Counted from the first letter of the stretch, positions 54,273 to 63,131 are shown. The stretch: DNA of 64,000 nt from an uncultured Pelagibacteraceae bacterium (GCA_902527215.1 CABZOF010000003.1:130649-194648), one strand, 5' to 3'. Numbers and translations: made by a program. The notes: generated from the letters alone by a model not told the origin.

Positions 54273-54357
54273 TGGTAGGCGAGAAAGGACTCGAACCTTC
54301 ACAGCTTGCACTATTGGTTCCTAAGACCAACGCGTCTACCAATTCCGCCACTCGCCC
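54273..54357 (-). tRNA. tRNA-Leu(TAG)
   Basis: GGGCGAGTGGCGGAATTGGTAGACGCGTTGGTCTTAGGAACCAA + long variable arm + GGTTCGAGTCC...CTCGCCTACCA; 85 nt. Confidence 0.98.
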
Positions 54358-54370
54358 AAAATTAAGCTGT

Positions 54371-54399
54371 TTTATATAGTATTGATCTAATTTGTCCAA
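54371..54399 (-). promoter_or_regulatory. Putative sigma70 promoter of tRNA-Leu-tig
   Basis: Minus strand TTGGAC-N17-TATAAA ending 14 nt before the tRNA 5' end. Confidence 0.4.
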
Positions 54400-54438
54400 T
54401 CAGAATAATAGTGTAAAAGGATATAAATATATAAAAAA

Positions 54439-54696
54439 ATGATAGTTTCACCATGTATAAGCATTTGTAAAATGGATCCTGTAACAGGATATTGTTATGG
54501 CTGTGGAAGAAATAATGATGAAAAGAAGATTTGGAAAGACCAGAATACCAAAGATGATTGGAAAAAACAAAATTTAAAAGATATTCAGAATAGAATGCAA
54601 GGATGGCAACTAGAAAGTTTCAAAGAATCTTATGAACATAAAAAAAATAACGGAATGTCCTTATTTAAAAAGAAGCAACTAAATGAATCAAACTAG
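54439..54696 (+). CDS. DUF1289 family small Cys-rich protein
   Basis: SPCISIC-x7-CYGCGR...E...W signature. Confidence 0.85.
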   Translation: MIVSPCISICKMDPVTGYCYGCGRNNDEKKIWKDQNTKDDWKKQNLKDIQNRMQGWQLESFKESYEHKKNNGMSLFKKKQLNESN

Positions 54697-54853
54697 ATTA
54701 GTAGTAATAATTTATATAATTGGAATTCTTATTGGAGCATTTTTTTTTGATTTGTGGGGCGCTGAAACGAGTGCTGTAAAAAGTTTAGCAGCGATGTTTT
54801 GGACAGCATTATTGCTTATAGCTATTGTATTTGCTGATAAAAAAAAGGAATAA
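54683..54853 (+). CDS. Small 56-aa two-TM membrane protein, not in ORF track
   Basis: MNQTRLVVIIYIIGILIGAFFFDLWGAETSAVKSLAAMFWTALLLIAIVFADKKKE; overlaps DUF1289 end by 14 nt and abuts the next stop codon. Confidence 0.75.
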   Translation: MNQTRLVVIIYIIGILIGAFFFDLWGAETSAVKSLAAMFWTALLLIAIVFADKKKE

Positions 54854-55708
54854 TTAATCTTTCTGTATTAGTTCACTTATAAATAAATCTCCATGCCCAT
54901 CATCAACAGCTTTTTTATAAAAAGATTTTTTTACATCAGCTAATTTTTCTGCATTGCCTAAATCTTTTAGCATTTCATGGATATAAGTAAGATCTTTTAA
55001 AGTGTTGGAAGTTGAAAATTTAAATCCAGTATAATCATCTTTAAGCACATTATCAAAAATTCTATTTAAAGCTGTTGAGTTTCCAGATCCTAATTTTGCT
55101 ACTGCAAAAAGTTTTTCTAAATTAATGTCTAATTTTTTCGCACTCTTTATGAATTCTATAACATTTGTTGCAGTACCGAGTGACAAAAAATTATTTAATA
55201 GCTTTGACTTTGCTCCTTTGCCCACTTCTCCAAAATGAAAATAATCTTTACAAAAAGTTTTTAAATAAGCTTCAGATTTTTTAAAATTTTCCTCTGATGC
55301 TCCAACAATACCTCCACAAACACCTTCTTCTGCTTGAACGGGACCGCCCATAACAGGGCATTCAATGTAGTTAATTTTTTGTTTTGAAAAAATCTGTTCC
55401 ATTTGAATAGATCCATTTTGGTTATGTGTTGTAACATCAATAATTAATGTATTATCTTTTAGTAAAGTTGATACTTTTTCAGCAATACTTAAGGCGATAG
55501 GTGTATTAGTCACACAAAGAAATAATGCATCTAAATTCTTTTCACAAAGTTCATTGTAAGATTTTAACTCAATAGCACCATCACTCACAATCTTATCTAT
55601 CGGTGCCCTTTTTTTGTTTGCAATAACAAATAAGTTATTTCCATTTTTTAAAATATTTTTGGCTATCCCATAACCCATATAGCCAACACCAATAAAACCT
55701 ACATTCAT
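54854..55708 (-). CDS. NAD(P)-dependent beta-hydroxyacid dehydrogenase (3-hydroxyisobutyrate/tartronate semialdehyde reductase family)
   Basis: GFIGVGYMG Rossmann motif, ECPVMGGP, catalytic KLLNN. Confidence 0.85.
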   Translation of the reverse strand: MNVGFIGVGYMGYGIAKNILKNGNNLFVIANKKRAPIDKIVSDGAIELKSYNELCEKNLDALFLCVTNTPIALSIAEKVSTLLKDNTLIIDVTTHNQNGSIQMEQIFSKQKINYIECPVMGGPVQAEEGVCGGIVGASEENFKKSEAYLKTFCKDYFHFGEVGKGAKSKLLNNFLSLGTATNVIEFIKSAKKLDINLEKLFAVAKLGSGNSTALNRIFDNVLKDDYTGFKFSTSNTLKDLTYIHEMLKDLGNAEKLADVKKSFYKKAVDDGHGDLFISELIQKD

Positions 55709-55757
55709 AATTTAAAATAATTATAGTATAAGTCATATAGATTAAAAATTAATATTT

Positions 55758-56432
55758 ATGGCTAATGATTTTGAAAAACTTGAAAATTTGATTGTGGGGT
55801 GCAAAAAATGCACTAGGTTGGTCAATTTTAGAAAAAAGATAGCTAAAGAAAAACGAAAACAATACTTTAATGAAAATTATTGGGGAAAACCAATAACAGG
55901 CTTTGGTGACCCAAAAGCCAGAATTTTGTTTGTTGGTTTAGCACCAGCAGCACATGGTGGAAATAGAACGGGAAGAGTTTTTACTGGAGATAGATCGTCT
56001 GATTTTTTATACAAGTGTCTTTATAAAGCAAAGTTATCTAATCAGCCAAATTCGGACCACATAAATGACGGACTTAAATTGAGAGATATATTTATAACTA
56101 CTGCTTTAAAATGTGTCCCACCTGGAGATAAACCAACAAAAAAAGAGCTAAACACTTGCTTTAAATATTTTAATAAAGAAATTGAATACTTAGAAAATTT
56201 AAAAATTGTTGTTGCACTTGGAAAAATAGCTTTTGATGCTTGTATACAATTTTACAAAAAACATTACAGAATTGACTCAAATATTAAATTTGGTCATAGT
56301 AAATTCTTTAAACTCCCAAATAATATTTTATTGGTAGGTTCTTATCATCCAAGTCCAAGAAATGTAAATACAGGAAGAATTAACGTAAATAAAATGACTA
56401 ATTTATTTATTAAAGTAAAAAATACTATTTAG
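55758..56432 (+). CDS. Uracil-DNA glycosylase, family 5 (UdgB-like)
   Basis: GLAPAAHGGNRTGRVFTGD and HPSPRNVNTGR motifs; Fe-S cysteines CKKC, KCVPP, TCF. Confidence 0.88.
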   Translation: MANDFEKLENLIVGCKKCTRLVNFRKKIAKEKRKQYFNENYWGKPITGFGDPKARILFVGLAPAAHGGNRTGRVFTGDRSSDFLYKCLYKAKLSNQPNSDHINDGLKLRDIFITTALKCVPPGDKPTKKELNTCFKYFNKEIEYLENLKIVVALGKIAFDACIQFYKKHYRIDSNIKFGHSKFFKLPNNILLVGSYHPSPRNVNTGRINVNKMTNLFIKVKNTI

Positions 56433-56820
56433 TTAATTGTTCTTTGAGTTTTTCAGGCATTTTGGTTGGTTTGCCCTCTTTATTAATTGTAGCTAAATGA
56501 ACATCTGCAGTTAAAATTAAATTATCTTTTACAAATATATCTTGCTTCATTTTAATTGACACATTCTTTACTTCTACAATTTCAGAAAAAATATCAAGTT
56601 TATCCTCTAACCTTGAAGGTTTTATAAAATTTAAATTACAAGATTTGACAATTATATGTATTCCATAATTTTCTTTCAGGTTAGAATTTGTAAAGTTTAC
56701 AGAAGCAATGGCATCAGTTCTAGCACGCTCTATAAATTTCAAATAATTTGCATAATAAACTACTCCACCAGCATCTGTATCCTCATAATAAATATTAAAA
56801 CTTGATTTAAATTTTTTCAT
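56425..56820 (-). CDS. ybgC: YbgC-family acyl-CoA thioesterase
   Basis: IYYEDTDAGGVVYYANYLKFIERART hotdog motif. Confidence 0.88.
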   Translation of the reverse strand: MKKFKSSFNIYYEDTDAGGVVYYANYLKFIERARTDAIASVNFTNSNLKENYGIHIIVKSCNLNFIKPSRLEDKLDIFSEIVEVKNVSIKMKQDIFVKDNLILTADVHLATINKEGKPTKMPEKLKEQLTK

Positions 56821-56873
56821 AAAAATATTAATATCAAAGTGAAAATATTTTTTATACTAATGATTGATACAAT

Positions 56874-57011
56874 ATGAAAATTTATATAATTTGTTTAATT
56901 GGTGTTATATTATGTAATTTCGGATACCCAGAAGCCGCTCCAATCCTTGACGTTTTGGCTGCAATAATACTGTCTTTATTAAGTTTTGGTTTAAAAAAAT
57001 ATCTTAATTAA
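56874..57011 (+). CDS. Small 45-aa hydrophobic hairpin protein, not in ORF track
   Basis: MKIYIICLIGVILCNFGYPEAAPILDVLAAIILSLLSFGLKKYLN; fills the gap between ybgC and DUF3047, leaving 4 nt before the DUF3047 stop; TATACT -10 candidate at 56853-56858. Confidence 0.65.
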   Translation: MKIYIICLIGVILCNFGYPEAAPILDVLAAIILSLLSFGLKKYLN

Positions 57012-57015
57012 ACTT

Positions 57016-57678
57016 TTACTCAGAGGAAAAAAAAATATTTTGGTAATAACTAACTGCGGTTAGTTTTGAATTATCGGTATCTGCCATAATTGCAATTCCT
57101 GAAAGCTCCTCAACGTCTAAATCATGAAATTTTTTAAAGTCTTCTTTTACATTAGCTTTTACTGTAACCCATTCATTTAAATTTGACTTTGTTGAAGCCA
57201 GAATGCTATCGATAGATTTCTTTGTATATGGGCTTGGCCATGTCTCTCCTACATTTGAATTGCTTGAAAAAACATAGTTTATAGCTCTATTTGATAATGG
57301 CGTTACACCAGTTTTTTTTATTACAAAAACTCTAGCAGCAAAATCATGACCTTTTTTTGTATTTTCTTTTATACCTTTAAGATCTTTTTCAATCTTCCAA
57401 GTAATATTTATAAAAGGAGTTTTATCTAAATTAATTTTTATTTCTTTACCTACTCCTGATGCTGCATTAGCTGCCACTGCTTTTAAATAGTTTCCGTTCT
57501 CATTATTTCCAATAGAATAGACTGTTTTTGCATCAGCTCCTCTTACTTTTCTAACTTCTAATGAATTTAATTCCTCCTCTGTAAAATCAAAAACTATCAG
57601 TTTTTCGGCACAAACCGAGGACATGATTAAAAGATAGATTGCTATTATTTTGATAAATTTTGTAAGCACACGCTTCAT
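57016..57678 (-). CDS. DUF3047 family secreted/periplasmic protein
   Basis: Signal peptide; TPFINITWKI, KKGHDFAARVFV, AINYVFS, GIAIMADTDN motifs. Confidence 0.8.
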   Translation of the reverse strand: MKRVLTKFIKIIAIYLLIMSSVCAEKLIVFDFTEEELNSLEVRKVRGADAKTVYSIGNNENGNYLKAVAANAASGVGKEIKINLDKTPFINITWKIEKDLKGIKENTKKGHDFAARVFVIKKTGVTPLSNRAINYVFSSNSNVGETWPSPYTKKSIDSILASTKSNLNEWVTVKANVKEDFKKFHDLDVEELSGIAIMADTDNSKLTAVSYYQNIFFSSE

Positions 57679-57723
57679 ATAATTAAATATTTTTAATTAT
57701 CAACTATAATTTGAAATTTACCT

Positions 57724-58728
57724 TTAAGGTAAAAGAACAATTTTTGGTGAAGAACAGGTTCCGTCATGAATTTGTTTAAAGGCCTCTGCGCCTTTCTTTA
57801 ATTCCCTATACTCTATCCAATCTAATTTGCCAATTTTTCTGTCAGCTAAAATTTTGATTGTATTTTCAAAATCTTTATTAGTATAACAATATGTACCAAT
57901 AAAAGTTACCTCTTGAAGAGTTGCTTTTCTAAAATTAAACTGTCCTGCAGGTTGGGTTAATCCAATATGTATTATGGTGCCACCAGGTTTAATAACCGAG
58001 ATCGATTGTTGTCTTGAAACTTCTAAGCCTACTGAATCAAAGACAATATCAAAACTATCATTTTGTATTTCTTTGTCCGATGGATTAACAAATTTACCCT
58101 CAAAATATTTTGCACATTCACTTAGTCTCAGGTTATTGGGGTCAGACATAATGATATTTTTATTTCCCTTAATTTTAGATAATATTAACGAGCACAATAA
58201 TCCAATCGCTCCGGCTCCTTGAACTAAAGTTCTACATTCAGATAGAGGTTTTTTAAGAGAATTCTCTCCCATTAAGACTGCATGCAAAGCAACTGCTGTT
58301 GGTTCTGCTATAGCTGCTTCATTAAGATTTAAATGGTCGGGTACCTCATAAATATTTTGATTAGGAGAAGAAACTAACTCTGCAAAAACTCCTTGTCTTT
58401 CGTATGGTCTGTTCATTCCTAAGAGAACTCTATGTGGACACAAATGCTCTCGCCCACTTGTGCAATATTCACATTTTCCACATGTAATTAATGGATTTAA
58501 AACAGCATTTTTTCCTTGAAATTTACCATTTTGTATTACACCGCTTACTTCATGTCCAATTATTAGTGGAGCAATTCTTCGTTCATCTTTTCCGTGATAC
58601 GCGTGCATATCTGATCCACATATACCTGAGGCATGAACTTTTAATATACTTTCTCCACTAGTCTCTACAGGATCTTTTTCTTCCCTGTAAACCAATTCTT
58701 CAACACCGGTGTAAACTAAAGCTTTCAT
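57724..58728 (-). CDS. Zn-dependent medium-chain (polyol-type) dehydrogenase; candidate HpsP-like DHPS dehydrogenase
   Basis: GICGSDMH, GHE, CGKCEYC-x7-C structural Zn, EP, GAGAIG, acidic SDP (NAD preference); HpsP assignment is inference. Confidence 0.85.
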   Translation of the reverse strand: MKALVYTGVEELVYREEKDPVETSGESILKVHASGICGSDMHAYHGKDERRIAPLIIGHEVSGVIQNGKFQGKNAVLNPLITCGKCEYCTSGREHLCPHRVLLGMNRPYERQGVFAELVSSPNQNIYEVPDHLNLNEAAIAEPTAVALHAVLMGENSLKKPLSECRTLVQGAGAIGLLCSLILSKIKGNKNIIMSDPNNLRLSECAKYFEGKFVNPSDKEIQNDSFDIVFDSVGLEVSRQQSISVIKPGGTIIHIGLTQPAGQFNFRKATLQEVTFIGTYCYTNKDFENTIKILADRKIGKLDWIEYRELKKGAEAFKQIHDGTCSSPKIVLLP

Positions 58729-58730
58729 AA

Positions 58731-60182
58731 TTATTTTTCAGCTAGAAGATAATATATAAAAAACGATACGACAAATCCTAATATCCAAGAAAATGATTTT
58801 ATATCTGAGAAATTGATATTCCATAATAATGAAAATGAGAATATAAAACCTATAATAAGTGAATACACAGCTTTATAGTTCCAACCATTTGTATACATAT
58901 ATTCATTTCCATCCCTCAAAAAAAACAGATCTTTGTGATTTACTTTCCCCTTTTTCACCAGATAGTAATCAGCAATTATTATTGCAAAGGTTGGACCAAA
59001 AAATGCTGCAAGACTGTCGATAATATTTATTACACCTATTTGACTTAAAATATATGGCCACAAACCTCCAGCAATAAATCCAATTATTAAAATTAATACT
59101 CCAGAAGTTTTGAGATCTAGATTATTAGGAATAAAATTTATTATACTATTTTGCGTAGGTACATAATTAGAAATTAAATTAGTAGATAGAGACGAAAAAA
59201 TTATAAAAATTAGAACAAACACAGTTAAGCCAGTATTGTCTAATTTTCCAATAATATCCATTGGCTTAGTTAATATTTGATCAACAACAATAAGCTTTTG
59301 ATTTAAAACAACATCTACTCCAACAACTATAGATGTTGCTAAAAATGAAAACAAAATCATATTTAGAAAAAGACTAAGGTTTCCCAATTTTAGATCTTTA
59401 TCTGTTTTGACATATCTAGAAAAATCTCCAAAATTTAACAACACAATTGAGAAGTATGAGAAAATTGTACCTGTTAAAACTACAAAAGGTAAAACGTTAG
59501 ATTTTGAAAAAAAATTTCCATCTGTTGTATTTGATTTAAGAGACTGAAAAATTTGTATGTGATTTTCAGAAGTTAAAATTAAAAAAAAAACTAACAAACC
59601 TAAATAAACAAAGATGGCTGAAAACTGTAAAAATCTTTGATTAAACCTTTGTCCATTTGTAAATAAAAAAAACTGAACAACAAAAGTTAATACTAATGAA
59701 ATCCAATCAATAATATTTAATCCAAGAAAAAAAGCTAAAAATACTTGATCATCTAGAATTTGACTATCTAGGTTATAATAAATAAAAATTCTAATTAGAT
59801 ATGTAATTGATTTTGATATAAAAAATGTTTGAATACCAAACATAAATACTCCAATGACAAATCTTAAAAGACTTAAGTATTTGGCTCCACTTAAGCCCAT
59901 GGAAATTCTGAGCATAACAGGAAAAGGTAATCCATGCTTTTGTGATGGTTTGCCGATCAATGATATAAAAAAATAGATTAATATAGAGGCGACTAATGAG
60001 GAAGTTAAGACCAGTACAGTACTAAGATTATATATTAAATATAAAGAGGCTATTAACGCAAAACCTGCAATGGTTTGGATACTATTAGCCCAAAAGCAAA
60101 ATAAATCAATTGATGTCCATGTTTTGTTGCTTGGGTTAACTGTGGCTAATTCAAAATTTTTTAATTCTATATTCTGACTCAC
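58731..60182 (-). CDS. NCS1 family (nucleobase:cation symporter-1) permease
   Basis: About 12 TMs, GLPFPVMLRISMG, FGIQT, LNFGDFSRY, STNLISN, IIIADYYLVKKG, GWNYKA; GTG start. Confidence 0.88.
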   Translation of the reverse strand: MSQNIELKNFELATVNPSNKTWTSIDLFCFWANSIQTIAGFALIASLYLIYNLSTVLVLTSSLVASILIYFFISLIGKPSQKHGLPFPVMLRISMGLSGAKYLSLLRFVIGVFMFGIQTFFISKSITYLIRIFIYYNLDSQILDDQVFLAFFLGLNIIDWISLVLTFVVQFFLFTNGQRFNQRFLQFSAIFVYLGLLVFFLILTSENHIQIFQSLKSNTTDGNFFSKSNVLPFVVLTGTIFSYFSIVLLNFGDFSRYVKTDKDLKLGNLSLFLNMILFSFLATSIVVGVDVVLNQKLIVVDQILTKPMDIIGKLDNTGLTVFVLIFIIFSSLSTNLISNYVPTQNSIINFIPNNLDLKTSGVLILIIGFIAGGLWPYILSQIGVINIIDSLAAFFGPTFAIIIADYYLVKKGKVNHKDLFFLRDGNEYMYTNGWNYKAVYSLIIGFIFSFSLLWNINFSDIKSFSWILGFVVSFFIYYLLAEK

Positions 60183-60247
60183 TAATGTAACCTTAAACTA
60201 AAATTTTTATATGTCTATAATTGTGATATCCATAATTTTGTAATCCT

Positions 60248-61141
60248 ATGAATTTTCTAAAAAACAATATTGGCTACGTTTCTATGTTCGTTGCAGTGAT
60301 AGGTTTCGGGTCAGGTCCACCGTTTGTGAAATTAGCATTACAGGAATTTTACGTAATGGATTTAATGGCGGTACGATTCTCTTTAGCATTTGGTTTGATG
60401 TTAATTTTTGCTTTAATCATGAGGGCAGATTTAAAAATCAGAAAAATTGGGTTAACTCCTTTCTTAATGGGTTTATTAAATCCATTTCTAGTTACTCTAA
60501 GTTTTCATATTGGTCTACTTCTAACTTCACCAGTAAATGGAGTTGCTTTAATTAGTACTTTGCCAATATGGCAACCATTTGTTGCAAGATTTTTTTTAAA
60601 AGAAAAAATTGAAATAAAAGTAATTATTGGAGCTTTTATAACAATTATTGGAACTTTAATTTTACTTACAAGTCAAACAAAATCAGGACAAGGAAATTAT
60701 ATTGGTGATTTAATTATCTTTTTAGGAATGATTTGCGTTTCTATAAATGAGGTTTTGGGAAGAAGATTTATGCAAACTAAAGTTGATCAACTGGGAGTTA
60801 ATACTTATCAATATTTTATTGGTGCTATACTATCTTTAATAGTTCTTTTTATAATTTGGCCAAATTCAAGTTTTGAATATCAAAATTATCTAAACTTTTC
60901 ACCTCCAGTTTTAGCGGCTATAACTTTATCTTGTATAACGTTTGGAGCATATTTATTTTATAATTTTGCTCTTAGAAGGGTCCCGGTAGGTAGAATTAGT
61001 TTAATGTATCCTTTAACAGGTCCTATTGGCGCAACAATGTCTTGGTTAATTATCGACTCTCCGATTTCAACAAAAGTTTTTATATCTTTAGCAATAATTT
61101 TAGTGGGAACTATTATTCCTCAAATAAATAAGTCTAGCTAA
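60248..61141 (+). CDS. DMT/EamA family transporter
   Basis: About 10 TMs in two EamA repeats; VRF, STLPIW, LKEKI, GDLIIF, YNFALRRV. Confidence 0.85.
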   Translation: MNFLKNNIGYVSMFVAVIGFGSGPPFVKLALQEFYVMDLMAVRFSLAFGLMLIFALIMRADLKIRKIGLTPFLMGLLNPFLVTLSFHIGLLLTSPVNGVALISTLPIWQPFVARFFLKEKIEIKVIIGAFITIIGTLILLTSQTKSGQGNYIGDLIIFLGMICVSINEVLGRRFMQTKVDQLGVNTYQYFIGAILSLIVLFIIWPNSSFEYQNYLNFSPPVLAAITLSCITFGAYLFYNFALRRVPVGRISLMYPLTGPIGATMSWLIIDSPISTKVFISLAIILVGTIIPQINKSS

Positions 61142-62478
61142 GGTGACGGGTACATTACCCCAGGCAACCATAATGCTATTTTTGGAAATATTATAATTAA
61201 TATTAAACCAATTACTTGGATCACCATAAATTGCATCATGCCAAGATAAATATCTTTTAAATCCCACTCTGGAACTACTCCTTTTAAGAAATAAGCAGAT
61301 AATGCAACAGGAGGTGAGAGCCAGGCGGTTTGGAGATTAACGGCCACTAATATTGCAAACCATGTAAGATTAAATCCTAACTCAATTACTAAAGGTAGAA
61401 CAATTGGTAATACTATTAAAACTATTGGTACCCACTCTAAAGGCCATCCTAATAAAAAAATAGCAGCCATTATAATTGCTAAAATTACATATCTATTTAC
61501 TTCTAAATTTAAAAGAAAATCAGTTAAAAGAGATGGGGTTCCTAATTTTGAAAAAACTGCTCCAAAAAAGTTCGATGCAGCAACTAAAAACATTATAAGG
61601 GCTGTGATTTCTAATGTTTTTAAAAGGGCATCTTTTAAACCTGGGAGAGTTAATTTTTTATATGCTAGAGCAAGTAAGATCGCACCAAATGCTCCCATAC
61701 CAGCTCCTTCAGTTGGAGTAGCAAGACCGAATAAAATACTTCCTAGTGCAAAAAAAACTAAACCTGCTGGAGGAATTAATCCCATAATAAATTCATACCA
61801 AACCTTAGCCATGTTAGTTGGTTGTTCGTTTGCTGGTAAAACAGGGCCAAGTTTTGGATTAAGATAGCATCTTAATGTTGTGTAAGCAGCGTACAAGCAT
61901 GCTAATAAAATACCTGGCATTATGGCTGCAGCAAATAAATCTGTGACAGGAATTTCTAAAACAGGTCCCATCACGACTAACATAATACTTGGAGGAATTA
62001 AAATTCCAAGAGTTCCGCCAGCACAGATTAACCCAGCAGACAGTCTAGTATCATAACCAGTTCTAATCATAGTTTTACCTGCCATAATTCCTAAAATTGT
62101 AACTGATGCACCAACTATTCCAGTTGCAGCTGCAAAAATTGTTGAGACAAACATTACTGCATAAAATAATGCTCCTCTCGTCTTAGAAAGCATTAACTGG
62201 ACTGCATTAAATAATCTCTCCATTAAACCTGCTTGTTCCATTAAAATTCCCATAAATATAAAGAGTGGTACGGCGGCGAGTGTATTCTCCGTCATAATCA
62301 TATTGAACTGAAGGGTCATTAAGTAAAAGACTAATTTACCAAAACCCCAATATCCAAAAACAAGGCCTAAAAATATTAAAGTAAATGAAATTGGAAACCC
62401 AACAAAGATTGCAAATAGCATGCAACCAATCATTATTGCTCCAATAATTTCTGGACTAATCAAATCCATTAGGGCCAT
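61138..62478 (-). CDS. dctM: TRAP transporter large permease
   Basis: GFPISF, LAAVPLFIFMG, AATGIVGAS, GTLGILIPPSIML, ATPTEG, SPPVAL. Confidence 0.95.
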   Translation of the reverse strand: MALMDLISPEIIGAIMIGCMLFAIFVGFPISFTLIFLGLVFGYWGFGKLVFYLMTLQFNMIMTENTLAAVPLFIFMGILMEQAGLMERLFNAVQLMLSKTRGALFYAVMFVSTIFAAATGIVGASVTILGIMAGKTMIRTGYDTRLSAGLICAGGTLGILIPPSIMLVVMGPVLEIPVTDLFAAAIMPGILLACLYAAYTTLRCYLNPKLGPVLPANEQPTNMAKVWYEFIMGLIPPAGLVFFALGSILFGLATPTEGAGMGAFGAILLALAYKKLTLPGLKDALLKTLEITALIMFLVAASNFFGAVFSKLGTPSLLTDFLLNLEVNRYVILAIIMAAIFLLGWPLEWVPIVLIVLPIVLPLVIELGFNLTWFAILVAVNLQTAWLSPPVALSAYFLKGVVPEWDLKDIYLGMMQFMVIQVIGLILIIIFPKIALWLPGVMYPSP

Positions 62479-63125
62479 CTCCCTTTAACAAAAGCATAAT
62501 AAGTTTTTAAAATTTCAGATATACCTTGTACTAAAAGTAAAAATGCACCAATAGGCATACAACTTTTTAAAGGCCACATAATTGGCATCCATGTTGTATC
62601 CATGGCTCTTTGAATTCTAACTTTACCACCTAAGCATTCTTCTAAATTTGATCTTCCACAAATTGAAGTATAGGCGTAATCAAAACTTACAAGGAAAAAT
62701 ACAAGAAACCCTGGTATAAAAAATAATAAATATAAAAATAAATCTACTCTTGCCTGATTTTTTACTGACCAATTTCGATAAAGAAAATCTGCTCTTATAT
62801 GTATTCCTTTTGATAACGTATAGGCTGCACCTAACATAAATAAAGCACCAGCCAACATTCTGCTTATGTCAAATGACCATAAAGTAGGTCTGTTGAAAAA
62901 ATGCCTTCCAATAACCTCATGGATCATTGCATAAATTAGAAATACAGTTAACCAGGCAAATACTTTGCCGGTAATTAACATTTTTGAGTCTATGAATTCT
63001 ATTGTTTTTGCCATCCAAGGAGTCATATCCTCAGGCATTTTTAAACTTGTTCTTCTTTCGGCTATAAGCTCGTCAGTAATATCAAGATTTTCTTTAACTT
63101 TAGTCTCTGAGTCTTTATCAACCAT
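62469..63125 (-). CDS. dctQ: TRAP transporter small permease
   Basis: HEVIGRHFFNRPTLW, GAAYTL, HIRADFLY; four TMs. Confidence 0.93.
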   Translation of the reverse strand: MVDKDSETKVKENLDITDELIAERRTSLKMPEDMTPWMAKTIEFIDSKMLITGKVFAWLTVFLIYAMIHEVIGRHFFNRPTLWSFDISRMLAGALFMLGAAYTLSKGIHIRADFLYRNWSVKNQARVDLFLYLLFFIPGFLVFFLVSFDYAYTSICGRSNLEECLGGKVRIQRAMDTTWMPIMWPLKSCMPIGAFLLLVQGISEILKTYYAFVKGRWP

Positions 63126-63131
63126 TTAACA

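Noticed and set aside
48090-54440. tRNA genes as integration sites for an island or prophage
   Set aside because: No integrase and no duplicated tRNA 3' end (att); the 3' ends are followed within 10-80 nt by the next tRNA or core genes.
54854-55708. Assignment as sulfolactaldehyde reductase (YihU)
   Set aside because: Lacks the Gly-Arg-Thr sulfonate-binding loop; has PVMGG instead.
57679-57700. Perfect inverted repeat ATAATTAAA-TATT-TTTAATTAT before DUF3047
   Set aside because: A/T only in a very AT-rich genome and matches no operator I can name; likely chance.
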